Notes: a model not told the origin generated them from the sequence alone. DNA of 32,342 nt from Choristocarpus tenellus KU-1152 (GCA_964200185.2 CAXNAD020000071.1:1-32342), one strand, 5' to 3'. Shown: positions 20,578 to 30,833, counted from the first letter of the stretch. Numbers and translations: made by a program.

Positions 20578-20876
20578 GAGAAGTAGGTTTTGATTCAGAT
20601 TTTAGACGTCGTCAATTTTTTTCTAAATACGAATCTAGACGAAATATTTTAAAATCAATTCTTTATTCACAAAATTTAAACTATAAAATAAGATGGTGGG
20701 CTCAATTAAATTTAAATAAATTACCAAGATCTAGTAGTATTTGTAGGGTTAAAAATCGATGTATTCAAACATCACGGTCTAAATCAGTTTTATCTAATTA
20801 TAAATTATCACGATTACGTTTACGTCGTTTGGTTTCACGTGGATTATTTCCTGGTGTCCGTAAAGCTAGTTGGTAA
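20574..20876 (+). CDS. rps14: ribosomal protein S14
   Basis: LPRSSS..RVKNRC and PGVRKASW motifs; ATGA overlap with nad3. Confidence 0.96.
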   Translation: MREVGFDSDFRRRQFFSKYESRRNILKSILYSQNLNYKIRWWAQLNLNKLPRSSSICRVKNRCIQTSRSKSVLSNYKLSRLRLRRLVSRGLFPGVRKASW

Positions 20877-20914
20877 TAACAGTTTAATGATTTTATTTAA
20901 AGAAAAATATATAT

Positions 20915-22111
20915 ATGGGTTTAAAAAAAAGTGAATTTCAGTGTAAACTTCAACATTTTACTATTAATTTTGGTCCACAACATCCAGCAGCTCATGGTGT
21001 ACTCCGTTTAATTTTAGAATTAAAAGGAGAGGTTGTTAAAAGAGCTGATCCTCATATTGGTCTTCTTCATAGGGGAACTGAAAAATTAATTGAGTCTAAA
21101 ACTTATCTTCAAGCTTTACCTTATTTCGATCGTTTAGATTATGTTTCTATAATATGCCAAGAGCATACTTATGTTTTAGCTGTTGAAAAACTTTTACAAA
21201 CTTCTATCCCAATACGTGCTCAATACATTAGAGTATTGTTTGCAGAAATTACTAGAATTTTAAATCATTTACTAGCTGTTGGTTGTCATGCTATAGATGT
21301 AGGTGCTATAACTCCTTTTTTATGGGCATTTGAAGAACGAGAAAAATTGATAGAGTTTTATGAGAGAGTCAGTGGTGCTCGTATACATGCTAGTTTTTTT
21401 CGTCCAGGTGGTGTTAGCCAGGATCTTTGCTTAGGTTTATTGGATGATATTTATTTTTTTGCTACTCAATTTAGTGAACGTTTAGATGAAATGGAGGAAA
21501 TATTGACAAATAATCCAATTTGGAAACAACGTTTAGTTGATATCGGTATTGTTAAAGGAAAAGATGCTTTAGATTGGGGTTTTTCCGGTGTAATGCTTAG
21601 AGGTTCTGGTTTAATTTGGGATTTAAGAAAAAATCAACCTTATGAGGTTTATTCAGATTTAAATTTTAATATAGCTTTAGGAACAAATGGAGATTGTTAT
21701 GACCGTTATTTAATTAGAGTTGAGGAAATAAGACAATCTCTTCATTTAATTCATCAATGTTTAAATAAAATACCTAAAGGTTCTATTAAAGTTGAAGATG
21801 GTAAATTAAGTTCTCCCTCACGTGTACACATTAAGCAAAGTATGGAAGCTTTAATTCATCATTTTAAGTTATATACAGAAGGTTTTATTCCGCCTGCTGG
21901 AGAAACTTATACTGCTACTGAAGCACCTAAAGGTGAGTTTGGTGTTTATTTAATTTCAAAGGGTATTAATAAACCATATCGATGTAAAATTAAAGCTCCA
22001 GGTTTTGCTCATTTACAAGCATTAGATTTTATATCAAAATCTCATATGTTAGCTGATGTTGTTACAATTATTGGTACACAAGATATTGTTTTTGGAGAAG
22101 TAGATCGTTAA
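20915..22111 (+). CDS. nad7: NADH dehydrogenase subunit 7
   Basis: [25 protein letters not shown] and DIVFGEVDR motifs. Confidence 0.99.
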   Translation: MGLKKSEFQCKLQHFTINFGPQHPAAHGVLRLILELKGEVVKRADPHIGLLHRGTEKLIESKTYLQALPYFDRLDYVSIICQEHTYVLAVEKLLQTSIPIRAQYIRVLFAEITRILNHLLAVGCHAIDVGAITPFLWAFEEREKLIEFYERVSGARIHASFFRPGGVSQDLCLGLLDDIYFFATQFSERLDEMEEILTNNPIWKQRLVDIGIVKGKDALDWGFSGVMLRGSGLIWDLRKNQPYEVYSDLNFNIALGTNGDCYDRYLIRVEEIRQSLHLIHQCLNKIPKGSIKVEDGKLSSPSRVHIKQSMEALIHHFKLYTEGFIPPAGETYTATEAPKGEFGVYLISKGINKPYRCKIKAPGFAHLQALDFISKSHMLADVVTIIGTQDIVFGEVDR

Positions 22112-22121
22112 TTAAAAAACA

Positions 22122-22195
22122 CGAGAGATGACGCAGTTTGGTAGCGTGTCTGCTTTGGGAGCAGAAAGCCGTAGGTTCAAATCCTACTTTTTCGA
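22122..22195 (+). tRNA. trnP: tRNA-Pro(UGG)
   Basis: acceptor CGAGAGA/TTTTTCG, TCTGC-TTTGGGA-GCAGA. Confidence 0.95.
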
Positions 22196-22299
22196 TTACC
22201 AATATTTTATTTTTTATTGATTAAGTAATCTCAATATAAGAGATTTAATCTAATTTTTACAGAGATTTTACCAAACTTTATCTAATATAGTAAAGTTTA

Positions 22300-23836
22300 T
22301 TAATAATGAGTATGATCCTGGCTCAGGATGAAGGCTTTGAGTTTGCTTTAACACATGCGAGTCGAATGGTTAGAATATAATTTTTATTCCATGGCGTACG
22401 GGTGAGTAATAGGCGGGAATTTACCTTATACTTCGGGATAATTCTATCTCTGCGGAGAGAAGGCAACAGAAAAATACCGAATCTTGATAGTTAAATATCG
22501 TTAAAGGATAATCCGGTTAAAGATAAGCCCGTCGAGTATTAGGTAGTTGGTGGATTAAAAGCTTACCAAGCCTATAATGCTTAGCTGGTCTGAAAGGACG
22601 ATCAGCCACACTGGGACTGAGACAAGGCCCAGGTTTTTAAGGAAGCCAGCAGTGGGGAATCTTGGACAATGAGCGAAAGCTTGATCCAGCAAAACTTAGT
22701 GAGGGAGAGAAGGCTGATGTTGTAAACCTCTTTTCTAGTTGAGGATGATGACAGTAAATTAGGAATAAGTCCCGACTAACTTCGTGCCAGCAGTCGCGGT
22801 AATACGGAGGGGGCGAGCCTTATCCGGAATAACTAGGCGTAAAGGGTCCGTAGACTGTTTTAAGAAAGTTCTAAGTTAAATATTAAGGCTATACCTTAAA
22901 AAGGCTTTGAAAACAAGAAAACTTGAGTTCGATAAAGGAAAATCGAATTTCCCAATGAGGGTTAAAATTCGTTGAAGTGGGAAGGAAGATCAGAGGCGAA
23001 GGCGATTTTCTGGCTCGATACTGACGTTGAGGGACGAAGGCATGGGGAGCAAACAGGATTAGGAACCCTGGTAGTCCATGCTGTAAACGATGAGTGCTAA
23101 CTCTTAGGATAACTTAGGGGTTAAGCTAAGGCATTAAGCACTCCGCCTGAAGAGTACGAGCGCAAGCTTGAAAATCAAAGGAATTGGCGGGGGCTCAAAC
23201 AAGTGGTGGAGCATGTGGTTTAATGCGATGTTACGCGCGTAACCTTACCAGTTCTTGTGATTTTGTCAATTTTCCGGGTAATCGGTTAATTTTGGAAATT
23301 TCAGGTGTTGCATGGCCGTCGTCAGCTCCGTGTCGTGAGATGTTAGGTTCACTCCTAAAACGAGCGTAACCCCCATCCATATCTGGTCAATGACTTTATG
23401 GAAACTGCCGACTATACGTTTGGAGGAAGGCGGGGATGAGGTCAGGTCTTCATGACCCTTATGAACTGGGCTACACACGTGCTACAATGGTAAAGACAAC
23501 GAGTTGCAATGGTGTAAGCCGGAGCCAATCTATAAACTTTATCTTAGTTCGGATTGGGGGCTGCAATTCGCCCCCATGAAGCTGGAATCACTAGTAATCG
23601 CGGATCAGGATGCCGCGGTGAATAAGTCACTGAGCCTTGCACATACTGCCCGTCACATCCTGGAAGTTTATTTGGCTTAAAGATTGTGGTTTATTTTTAA
23701 TATAAATCAAAAATATAATTAAAGAGAGATTTTTTTATTCTTGATTTTTAATAAAGTAGATCCTTTTAAGGGAGAGATAGGCAACTGGGATGAAGTCGTA
23801 ACAAGGTAGTCGTAGGGGAACCTGCGTCTGGAGTTT
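22300..23836 (+). rRNA. rns: small-subunit rRNA
   Basis: GAGTATGATCCTGGCTCAG, GTGCCAGCAGTCGCGGTAATAC and AAGTCGTAACAAGGTAG signatures; ends approximate. Confidence 0.97.
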
Positions 23837-23850
23837 TTTTTTATTTATTT

Positions 23851-23954
23851 AGAAATATTTTTTTCTGTTTAGACCCATACCCGAAATCATACCGAACTCG
23901 AGAGTTATTGTCTGAACTGCCAAACATACTGAGAAATCTTGGGAACCATGGCAA
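23851..23954 (+). rRNA. rrn5: divergent 5S rRNA, probably permuted
   Basis: loop-C-like ATCATACCGAACTCG; helix GTTTAGAC/GTCTGAAC; domain gamma TGCCA..ATACT..TGGGAA..TGGCA. Confidence 0.78.
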
Positions 23955-24026
23955 GGGGATATATGTCAGTGGTAGACTATATGCTTTGCAAGCATAAAGT
24001 CGGCGGTTCGATCCCGTCTATCTCCA
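23955..24026 (+). tRNA. trnA: tRNA-Ala(UGC)
   Basis: acceptor GGGGATA/TATCTCC with G3.U70, TATGC-TTTGCAA-GCATA. Confidence 0.95.
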
Positions 24027-24037
24027 AAACTATTTTA

Positions 24038-24121
24038 GGATAAATGACTGAGTGGTCTAAGGTATTAGTTTTGAAAACTAACGCAGTAAAACTGCCGTGG
24101 GTTCGAATCCTACTTTATCCT
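24038..24121 (+). tRNA. trnS: tRNA-Ser(UGA)
   Basis: acceptor GGATAAA/TTTATCC, loop TT-TGA-AA, long variable arm. Confidence 0.95.
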
Positions 24122-24130
24122 TCTTTTTAT

Positions 24131-24218
24131 AGAGGTGTGGCTGAGAGGTTTAAAGCTTTGATTTGCTAAATCAATTTACACCCAAAGTGTATCGTAGGTT
24201 CGAATCCTATCATCTCTT
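24131..24218 (+). tRNA. trnS: tRNA-Ser(GCU)
   Basis: acceptor AGAGGTG/CATCTCT, loop TT-GCT-AA, long variable arm. Confidence 0.95.
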
Positions 24219-24235
24219 TATTTTTTAATAAATGT

Positions 24236-24307
24236 AGGAGTATAACTCAGAGGTAGAGTGTGTGCCTTACAAGCATGAAGACAGCGGTTCGATACCGTTT
24301 ATTCCTA
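24236..24307 (+). tRNA. trnV: tRNA-Val(UAC)
   Basis: acceptor AGGAGTA/TATTCCT, loop CT-TAC-AA. Confidence 0.95.
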
Positions 24308-24692
24308 AAGCATGAAGTGGATGCCTTGGAAGGAAGAAATAGAGATGTAATATCATCAAAGTTTTGGGTTAGATTATATTTGAGATCCCATACTATCTAT
24401 AAAGGAAAACTTAGGTCAAAAGACTTTTTTTTTAATATAAAAGGGGAAGTGAAACATCTCAGTACCCTAATAACAATCAATCGAGTATTCATTAGTAGTG
24501 GTGAGCGAAAATGATTATTGGTATAGTTTTAATTATAGACGAAATTATATTAATAAAAGTTGAATATATGACCTTAGAAGGTGCTAGTCCTGTAAACTAT
24601 AAAAATATATAATTTATTTAAGTACATAGAGGCAAGTATACCTTTGTGGAATATTGGGGGACCACCCTCAATACCAATATCTATTCTTTCTT

Positions 24693-24730
<38 letters not shown>

Positions 24731-26041
24731 AGAAATTACGATAATGAAATGAAAACTTAAAACTTAATGTTTTTGTCGAAGATACTTTTAATCAACGGCA
24801 TACCTTTTGTATAATGGGTCAGTGAATTAATATAAAAGGCGAGCTTAAATCTATTTGATGTAGGCGAAGATAAATCGAGTCAATCGAGGGCGATAGTCTT
24901 CTATTTTATACCCGAAACCGTCTGATCTAAACTTGAGCAGGTTGATATTATAATGGCAACATTTTTTGGAAGACCGAACCCGTGTATGTGGCAAAATACT
25001 GGGATGACTTGAGTTTAGGGGTGAAAGGCTAATCAAAGTCGGTGATAGCTGGATTTCTGCGAAATCTATTTAAGTAGAGCGTCTTATTAGGGAATAAGGG
25101 GTAGAGCACTGTATGATGGATGGGGAGATTTTCTCTTACTGAAGTTTGGCAAACTTCGAATACTTATTTACTATTTAGGGCAGACAGAACATAGATGCTA
25201 AGATCTATGTTCTAAAGGGAAACAGCCCAAATTTAAAGCTAAGGTCCATAAAAAATTTTTAGTGAATAAGGTGACTTCATATCTTTAATAATCAGAAGGT
25301 AGGCTTGGAAGCAGCCATTCTTTAAAGATAGCGTAACAGCTCACTGGTTGAGATTTAAAGTCCTAATAATTCTGAGGGCTTAAATATTTTACCGAAGCTT
25401 TAGACAAATTATTGTGGTAGCAGAACGTTCCGTAGGTTTATGAAGTTAAAGCGAAAGCTATTAATTGAAATATCGGAAGTGAGAATACTGACATGAGTAG
25501 CATAAAACAATGGGTAGAGCATTGTGGCCGAAAGTCCAAGGTTTTCGATCCTAGGTTTATCCAGATCGGGGACATTATTTGTCTATGTAAAACGGTCCCT
25601 AAGCTTTTAAACCAAAGTTTAAAGTGATGGGTAAGTTTAAGCTGTGATGCTTTATTGACGAACGTTTAATTTTATTTTTTATCTTTGGTTGTATAAAAAG
25701 TATAGTATTCTTTCCAAGAAAAAGATTAGCAATATATTCACCGTACTTTAAACCACCACAGGTGGACTAGTAGAGAATACTTAGGCCTTGAGATAACTAT
25801 ATTGAAGGAACTCGGCAAAATGGCCCTGTAACTTTTGAAAAAGGGGTGAGAATAAAGATTTTTAATCTTTTTGAGCGCAAGCTTATATTCTTGGCACAGA
25901 ATCGGGGGTAGCGACTGTTTAATAAAAACATAGGTCTCTGCTAACTCGTAAGAGGATGTATAGGGACTGACACCTGCCCGGTGCTGGAAGGTGAATTCTT
26001 TCTATTAAGGTAGAAAGATTAAGCCCTAGTAAACGGCGGCT

Positions 26042-26098
<57 letters not shown>

Positions 26099-26985
26099 TG
26101 AATGGTGTAACGACTTCCCCGCTGTCTCCAATATAGACTCAGTGAAATTACAAAAATCGTGAAGATGCGATTATCCTACAGTTGGACGGAAAGACCCCGT
26201 GCACCTTTACTATAGGCAAGCACTGTAGACTAAAGACTTTAGTGTAGTATAAGTGGGAGTCTATAAAGCCTTTTCGCTAGAAAATTGCTGAGACATCGTT
26301 GAAATACCACTCAGAGTTTTATTGGTTTACTTACTATGGGACAATGTTTGCTGGGTAGTTTGACTGGGGCGGTCACCTCCTAAAGAGTAACGGAGGTACA
26401 CAAAGGTAGATTCATCCCCTGTTCTAAAAAAGGGGAGAAGAGCACAATGGTAAAAGTCTGCTTAACTGGAAGAAGTACTTTTCGACCAGAGACGAAAGTC
26501 GGTCATAGTGATCCGGTGGTTCTTTGTGGAAAGGCCATCGCTCAATGGATAAAAGGTACGCCGGGGATAACAGGCTAATGAAGCTCTAGAGCTCCTATCG
26601 ACGGCTTCGTTTGGCACCTCGATGTCGACTCATCACATCCTGGAGCTGAAAAAGGTTCCAAGGGTTCGGCTGTTCGCCGACTAAAGTGGTACGTGAGTTG
26701 GGTTTAGAACGTCGTGAGACAGTTTGGTCCCTATCTCCTGTGGGTGTACGAAAATTTAAAGGATTAAACTTTAGTACGAGAGGACCGAGAAAACTTGATC
26801 CATGGTGTTCCAGTTGTTTTACCAGAAGCAATGCTGGGTAGCTACATCAAGATAAAATAATTGACCACTATGGCAAGAAATTTTCCTTAAATGAAATTTT
26901 CTAAGGGTTGTGAAAGACGATCACATAAATAGGCGTAAAGTTTAAAATCTGTAAAGTTTTAAGCTTATTCGTACTAAAACTTTAT
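24308..26985 (+). rRNA. rnl: large-subunit rRNA, no introns seen
   Basis: GTGGATGCCTTGG, GAAACATCTCAGTACC, GGATAACAGGCT, GTTTGGCACCTCGATGTCG and sarcin-ricin loop AGTACGAGAGGACC; ends approximate. Confidence 0.97.
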
Positions 26986-26989
26986 ATAT

Positions 26990-27041
26990 GGGGTACATAG
27001 TTGTTCTTTAAAAAGAAAGTAAGTCGTTCTTACTTACCCCA
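26990..27041 (+). ncRNA. 52-nt tRNA-like mini-structure (remnant or processing element)
   Basis: GGGGTA/TACCCC-A closing stem enclosing hairpins TTCTTT/AAAGAA and AGTAAG-TCGTT-CTTACT. Confidence 0.5.
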
Positions 27042-27063
27042 ATAACCTTTTAATATTACTAAT

Positions 27064-27138
27064 AGCGTTGTGGAGCAGATTGGTTAGCTTATTAGGCTCA
27101 TGCCCTAAAGGTCGTAGGTTCAAATCCTACTGACGCTA
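27064..27138 (+). tRNA. trnM: tRNA-Met(CAU), initiator type
   Basis: acceptor AGCGTTG/TGACGCT, TG-GAGC D stem typical of fMet, TTAGG-CTCATGC-CCTAA. Confidence 0.9.
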
Positions 27139-27178
27139 AACAAATAGCTTTTTATTTAGTATCGGATCTTCTGCGATA

Positions 27179-27204
27179 GGGGGGAGGGTTAAGGGAGGGG
27201 GGGG
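27179..27204 (+). other. G tract G6-A-G3-TTAA-G3-A-G8 (G-quadruplex motif)
   Basis: four runs of at least 3 G with 1-4-nt loops in an otherwise very AT-rich genome. Confidence 0.75.
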
Positions 27205-27208
27205 TTAA

Positions 27209-27291
27209 ACAATCTTGGTGGAATCGGTAGACACGTCAGACTTAAAATCTGTTTCTAATTTAGAGTATCGGTTCAAGTCCGTTAGATTGTA
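27209..27291 (+). tRNA. trnL: tRNA-Leu(UAA)
   Basis: acceptor ACAATCT/AGATTGT, loop CT-TAA-AA, long variable arm. Confidence 0.94.
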
Positions 27292-27296
27292 TTAAA

Positions 27297-27369
27297 AGCA
27301 GGATAGTTCAGATGCTAGAACAATGGGCTCATAATCCATATGCCGGGGGTTGGAATCCCTCTCTTGCTA
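27297..27369 (+). tRNA. trnM: tRNA(CAU), probably elongator Met
   Basis: acceptor AGCAGGA/TCTTGCT, ATGGG-CTCATAA-TCCAT; atypical D loop (GC) and T loop (TTGGAAT). Confidence 0.85.
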
Positions 27370-27378
27370 TTTTTTTCT

Positions 27379-27453
27379 GGTAGTTATAACTCAGTTGGTT
27401 AGAGTATCAGGTTGTGGCTCTGAAAGTCGGGAGTTCAAATCTCCTTTTCTACC
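27379..27453 (+). tRNA. trnH: tRNA-His(GUG)
   Basis: encoded G-1 with C73, loop TT-GTG-GC; two T.T mismatches in the acceptor stem. Confidence 0.92.
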
Positions 27454-27469
27454 CTTAATTTAATATAAT

Positions 27470-27540
27470 GACTTGGTAGCATAATGGTAATGTTTTGGTT
27501 TGCAAATCCAATAATAGGGGTTCAAGTCCCCTCCTAGTCT
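27470..27540 (+). tRNA. trnC: tRNA-Cys(GCA)
   Basis: acceptor GACTTGG/CCTAGTC, loop TT-GCA-AA, U73. Confidence 0.92.
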
Positions 27541-27547
27541 ATTCTAT

Positions 27548-27620
27548 TCCTTAATAGCTCATTAGGTAGAGCATATGGCTGTTAACCATAGGGTGATAGG
27601 TTCAAGTCCTATTTAAGGAG
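27548..27620 (+). tRNA. trnN: tRNA-Asn(GUU)
   Basis: acceptor TCCTTAA/TTAAGGA, TATGG-CTGTTAA-CCATA. Confidence 0.96.
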
Positions 27621-27636
27621 TTTACCTATTTAATTA

Positions 27637-27708
27637 GTCCAGGTAGCTCAGAGGTAGAGCGAAAGACTGAAAATCTTTAGGTCAGTGGTTCAAACCCGCT
27701 TCCGGACA
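27637..27708 (+). tRNA. trnF: tRNA-Phe(GAA)
   Basis: acceptor GTCCAGG/TCCGGAC, AAAGA-CTGAAAA-TCTTT. Confidence 0.95.
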
Positions 27709-27711
27709 ATA

Positions 27712-28089
27712 ATGAAATCTCTTTCAGATATATTTACTCGTATTAGAAATGGCCAAATAGTATATAAAACATTTATTATTATACCTTCGGTTAATATTTG
27801 TTTAAAAGTTTTAAATATTATATGGGATGAAGGTTTTATTCAGGGTTATTCTCGTAGTAAAAATAACGAAATTTATATTATACTACGTTATATTAATGGT
27901 AGACCCGCTATTCGTCAGCTTACTGCTGTATCTCGTCCAAGTCAAAGAATTTATATCTCATCTTTGGATTTATGTCGTTTAAAGCCTAATTTGGGTCTTT
28001 TAATTTTATCAACCCCTAAAGGTATTATGAATATGGAAGATGCTATTTATCAGACTCAAGGTGGTGAAGTACTATGTTATATCGTATGA
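27712..28089 (+). CDS. rps8: ribosomal protein S8
   Basis: LSD(M)FTRIRNG, EGFIQGY, SRPSQRIY, LSTPKGIM and GGEVLC motifs. Confidence 0.96.
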   Translation: MKSLSDIFTRIRNGQIVYKTFIIIPSVNICLKVLNIIWDEGFIQGYSRSKNNEIYIILRYINGRPAIRQLTAVSRPSQRIYISSLDLCRLKPNLGLLILSTPKGIMNMEDAIYQTQGGEVLCYIV

Positions 28090-28565
28090 TAATTAGATTA
28101 CCTCCAGGTGTTTATTTTATTAATCAAAATGGAAAAACAATTTTAAAAGGACCACAAGGTAATTTAATTTTAAAATTAAATTTTAAAGCTATTCAAAAGA
28201 AAAATGTTCTTTTTATTATAGTTTCTATTACTAATAAAGAATATTGTGAGTTGATTCAAGCTTTATTAGGGGTTGGTTTATCTTATTATAAAGAACTTTA
28301 TTTAGAGGGGGTTGGTTATCGTGTAATTCAAAAAGAAAATACTTTAATTTTCGAATTAGGTTATAGCCATCCAATTTCTATTTTTATTCCTTCGAAAATT
28401 AAAGTAAAATGTGTAAAAAATAAACTTTTTCTTAAATCTTGTGATTTACAGTATTTAAATAGGTTTTGTTCTTATTTGCGTAAATTTCGTTTTCCTGATC
28501 CTTATAAGGGTAAAGGTATTTTATATGTTGGAGAAAAATTAATTAGAAAAGAAGGAAAGATTTAG
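28086..28565 (+). CDS. rpl6: ribosomal protein L6
   Basis: KGPQG, GVGYRV, LGYSHP and PDPYKGKGI motifs; ATGA overlap with rps8. Confidence 0.96.
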   Translation: MIIRLPPGVYFINQNGKTILKGPQGNLILKLNFKAIQKKNVLFIIVSITNKEYCELIQALLGVGLSYYKELYLEGVGYRVIQKENTLIFELGYSHPISIFIPSKIKVKCVKNKLFLKSCDLQYLNRFCSYLRKFRFPDPYKGKGILYVGEKLIRKEGKI

Positions 28566-28571
28566 TTATTT

Positions 28572-29099
28572 ATGAAAACCAAATTTATTAAACATAAATC
28601 TTTATTTCAATATTTGATTAAAAAAAAAGCTTATATAGGTCCACCTTTACCATATTTAGATTGTTCTTTATATCCATTTTTACATGGTAAAATAAATCAT
28701 TTTTCTATTTATGACTTACAACAAAGTCTATTCATTTTAATCCAAGTTTTAAAGCTAGTTGAAAAATTAATTAGTGATGGTGGTAAAATTCTTTTTGTTG
28801 GTCCACCTAAAAAGTTTATAAAATCCATACATTATATTCCAGGTATTTCGGTATGTTCTAAGTGTGTATCGGATATTCGTTCATCAACTAATATAGATTT
28901 AATTATTATTTATAATGTAAATTCTAAAATACTCTATGAGGCTAAACAAAAAGGGGTTCCTATTGTAGGATTTGGTGGTTTAAATTTTAAATACGTAGAT
29001 TATCCAGTTAGTTTAAATTTTAATGATAAAAATTTATTTAAGTGGCATATATACCTATTAGTACAGGCAATTATAAGGGGCTTTAATATTCGTTTTTAA
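28572..29099 (+). CDS. rps2: ribosomal protein S2 (divergent)
   Basis: IYDLQQS, GGKILFVG and EAKQKGVPIVG..VDYP motifs; rps8-rpl6-rps2-rps4 order. Confidence 0.85.
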   Translation: MKTKFIKHKSLFQYLIKKKAYIGPPLPYLDCSLYPFLHGKINHFSIYDLQQSLFILIQVLKLVEKLISDGGKILFVGPPKKFIKSIHYIPGISVCSKCVSDIRSSTNIDLIIIYNVNSKILYEAKQKGVPIVGFGGLNFKYVDYPVSLNFNDKNLFKWHIYLLVQAIIRGFNIRF

Positions 29100-29126
29100 A
29101 TGTTATTTTGATGTTATTAATAATAT

Positions 29127-29846
29127 ATGAGATTAAAACCTAAATATAAATCTTGTATTTGGACTAAAACTGATATTTGGGGAGATTTATTAAATAAAAG
29201 AAAATTTTTGCGTCTTAAATGGGTTAAGACTTTTCGTATTTTAAAAGGACAAAAACGTCGTCGTAGAAGGAGGTTATATAAAGATTATAACTTTATAAAA
29301 ACACGAAATAGATCAAATATTATTTTTAAATACCGAAAATGGGCTTTCCGTAATTATATAATATCTAATTTTTGTATAAAACGTTTTTATGGAGACCTTA
29401 AAGATAAATCATTTAGATTATTATGTAAAAAGATATGGAAATATCCATCTCCGTATTATTCTTTAATTCAATCTTTAGAAAGTAGGTTGGATACTACTCT
29501 TTTTCGTTTAGGTCTTTTCCCAACTATTTCAGCTAGTTCTCAATCAATTAAGCATGGAATAGTTAGTGTTAACCATTGTAAAATAACTTCTTCATCTTAT
29601 CGTGTGAAACCAGGAGATTTAATTGAAATTATACCAAATTATCGTAAAATTGTTAAGTATAAAATTGGTCTTTTATATAGTAAAAGATTTCCTCGCTGGA
29701 AAATTAGTAATACTTTATCTTGGGTTGAAACTGATTACCCAAGTATAAGCTTTTTAATTTTAGATATCGTTAATCCTAAAGAAGTTTTTTACCCTTTTCG
29801 TTTAAATTTAGATGATATTTTGTGGTCTTCTCGGTTTTATTTCTAA
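29127..29846 (+). CDS. rps4: ribosomal protein S4
   Basis: LESRLDTTLFR, Q.IKHG.V.VN and SYRVKPGD S4-domain motifs. Confidence 0.93.
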   Translation: MRLKPKYKSCIWTKTDIWGDLLNKRKFLRLKWVKTFRILKGQKRRRRRRLYKDYNFIKTRNRSNIIFKYRKWAFRNYIISNFCIKRFYGDLKDKSFRLLCKKIWKYPSPYYSLIQSLESRLDTTLFRLGLFPTISASSQSIKHGIVSVNHCKITSSSYRVKPGDLIEIIPNYRKIVKYKIGLLYSKRFPRWKISNTLSWVETDYPSISFLILDIVNPKEVFYPFRLNLDDILWSSRFYF

Positions 29847-29861
29847 TTCAAGTTTTAAAAA

Positions 29862-30833
29862 ATGAATTTTATTTTTTCTTTATTTACAATTCTTAGTCTT
29901 ATCATTCCTTTATTGGTTGCAGTAGCTTATTTCACTTTAGCAGAACGTAAAATTATAGCAAGTATTCAACGCCGACGTGGCCCTAATGTTATTGGTTTTA
30001 TGGGTTTACTTCAACCATTAGCCGATGGTTTAAAACTTTTTGTAAAAGAAACTGTATTACCCACAAATGCAAATACAGTATTGTTTCTTTTAGCACCAAT
30101 AGTAAGTTTTTTTTTAAGTTTAATTGCATGGGCAGTTATTCCTTTTGGCTATGGTCAAGTTGTGTCTGATATTGATTTAGGTTTATTATACTCGTTATCC
30201 ATTTCTTCTTTAGGTGTATATGGAGTTTTAATTTCAGGTTGGTCTAGTAATTCTAAATATGCTTTCTTAGGTGGTTTAAGATCTGCGGCTCAAATAATTT
30301 CTTATGAAGTTTGTATAGGTTTTCTTTTAGTAAATTTAATTCTTTGTGCTGGTTCTGCTAATTTGACTGAAATTGTTTTAGCACAAAAAGAGGTTTGGTT
30401 TATTGTTCCTCTTTTACCTATTAGTATTTTGTTTTTTATTTGTTGTTTAGCAGAAACTAATCGTCATCCTTTTGATTTGCCTGAAGCTGAAGCTGAATTA
30501 GTTTCAGGTTATAATGTTGAATATTCTGCGATAGGTTTTGCTCTTTTTTTTTTAGGCGAATATGCTAATATGCTAGTTATAAGTGCATTAACCTCTATTT
30601 TTTTTTTTGGTGGTTGGTTGCCTATTTTTTCTTTTATATATGTACCATGTGGTATTTGGTTAGGTTTAAAAATTTCATTTTTTGTTATTTTTTTCATTTG
30701 GGTTCGTGCTATTTTACCGCGTTATCGTTATGATCAACTTATAGAATTGGGGTGGAAATGCTTCATTCCGCTGTCCGTGGGTTTTTTATTATTAACCGCG
30801 GGAATTTTATTATCATTCAATTGGCTAAACTAG
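29862..30833 (+). CDS. nad1: NADH dehydrogenase subunit 1
   Basis: [45 protein letters not shown] and PRYRYDQL motifs. Confidence 0.99.
   Translation: MNFIFSLFTILSLIIPLLVAVAYFTLAERKIIASIQRRRGPNVIGFMGLLQPLADGLKLFVKETVLPTNANTVLFLLAPIVSFFLSLIAWAVIPFGYGQVVSDIDLGLLYSLSISSLGVYGVLISGWSSNSKYAFLGGLRSAAQIISYEVCIGFLLVNLILCAGSANLTEIVLAQKEVWFIVPLLPISILFFICCLAETNRHPFDLPEAEAELVSGYNVEYSAIGFALFFLGEYANMLVISALTSIFFFGGWLPIFSFIYVPCGIWLGLKISFFVIFFIWVRAILPRYRYDQLIELGWKCFIPLSVGFLLLTAGILLSFNWLN

Noticed and set aside
23184-26831. ORFs at 23184, 23266, 24260, 24851 and 26595
   Set aside because: They lie within rns, trnV or rnl; no LAGLIDADG, GIY-YIG or RT motifs, and the rRNA is collinear
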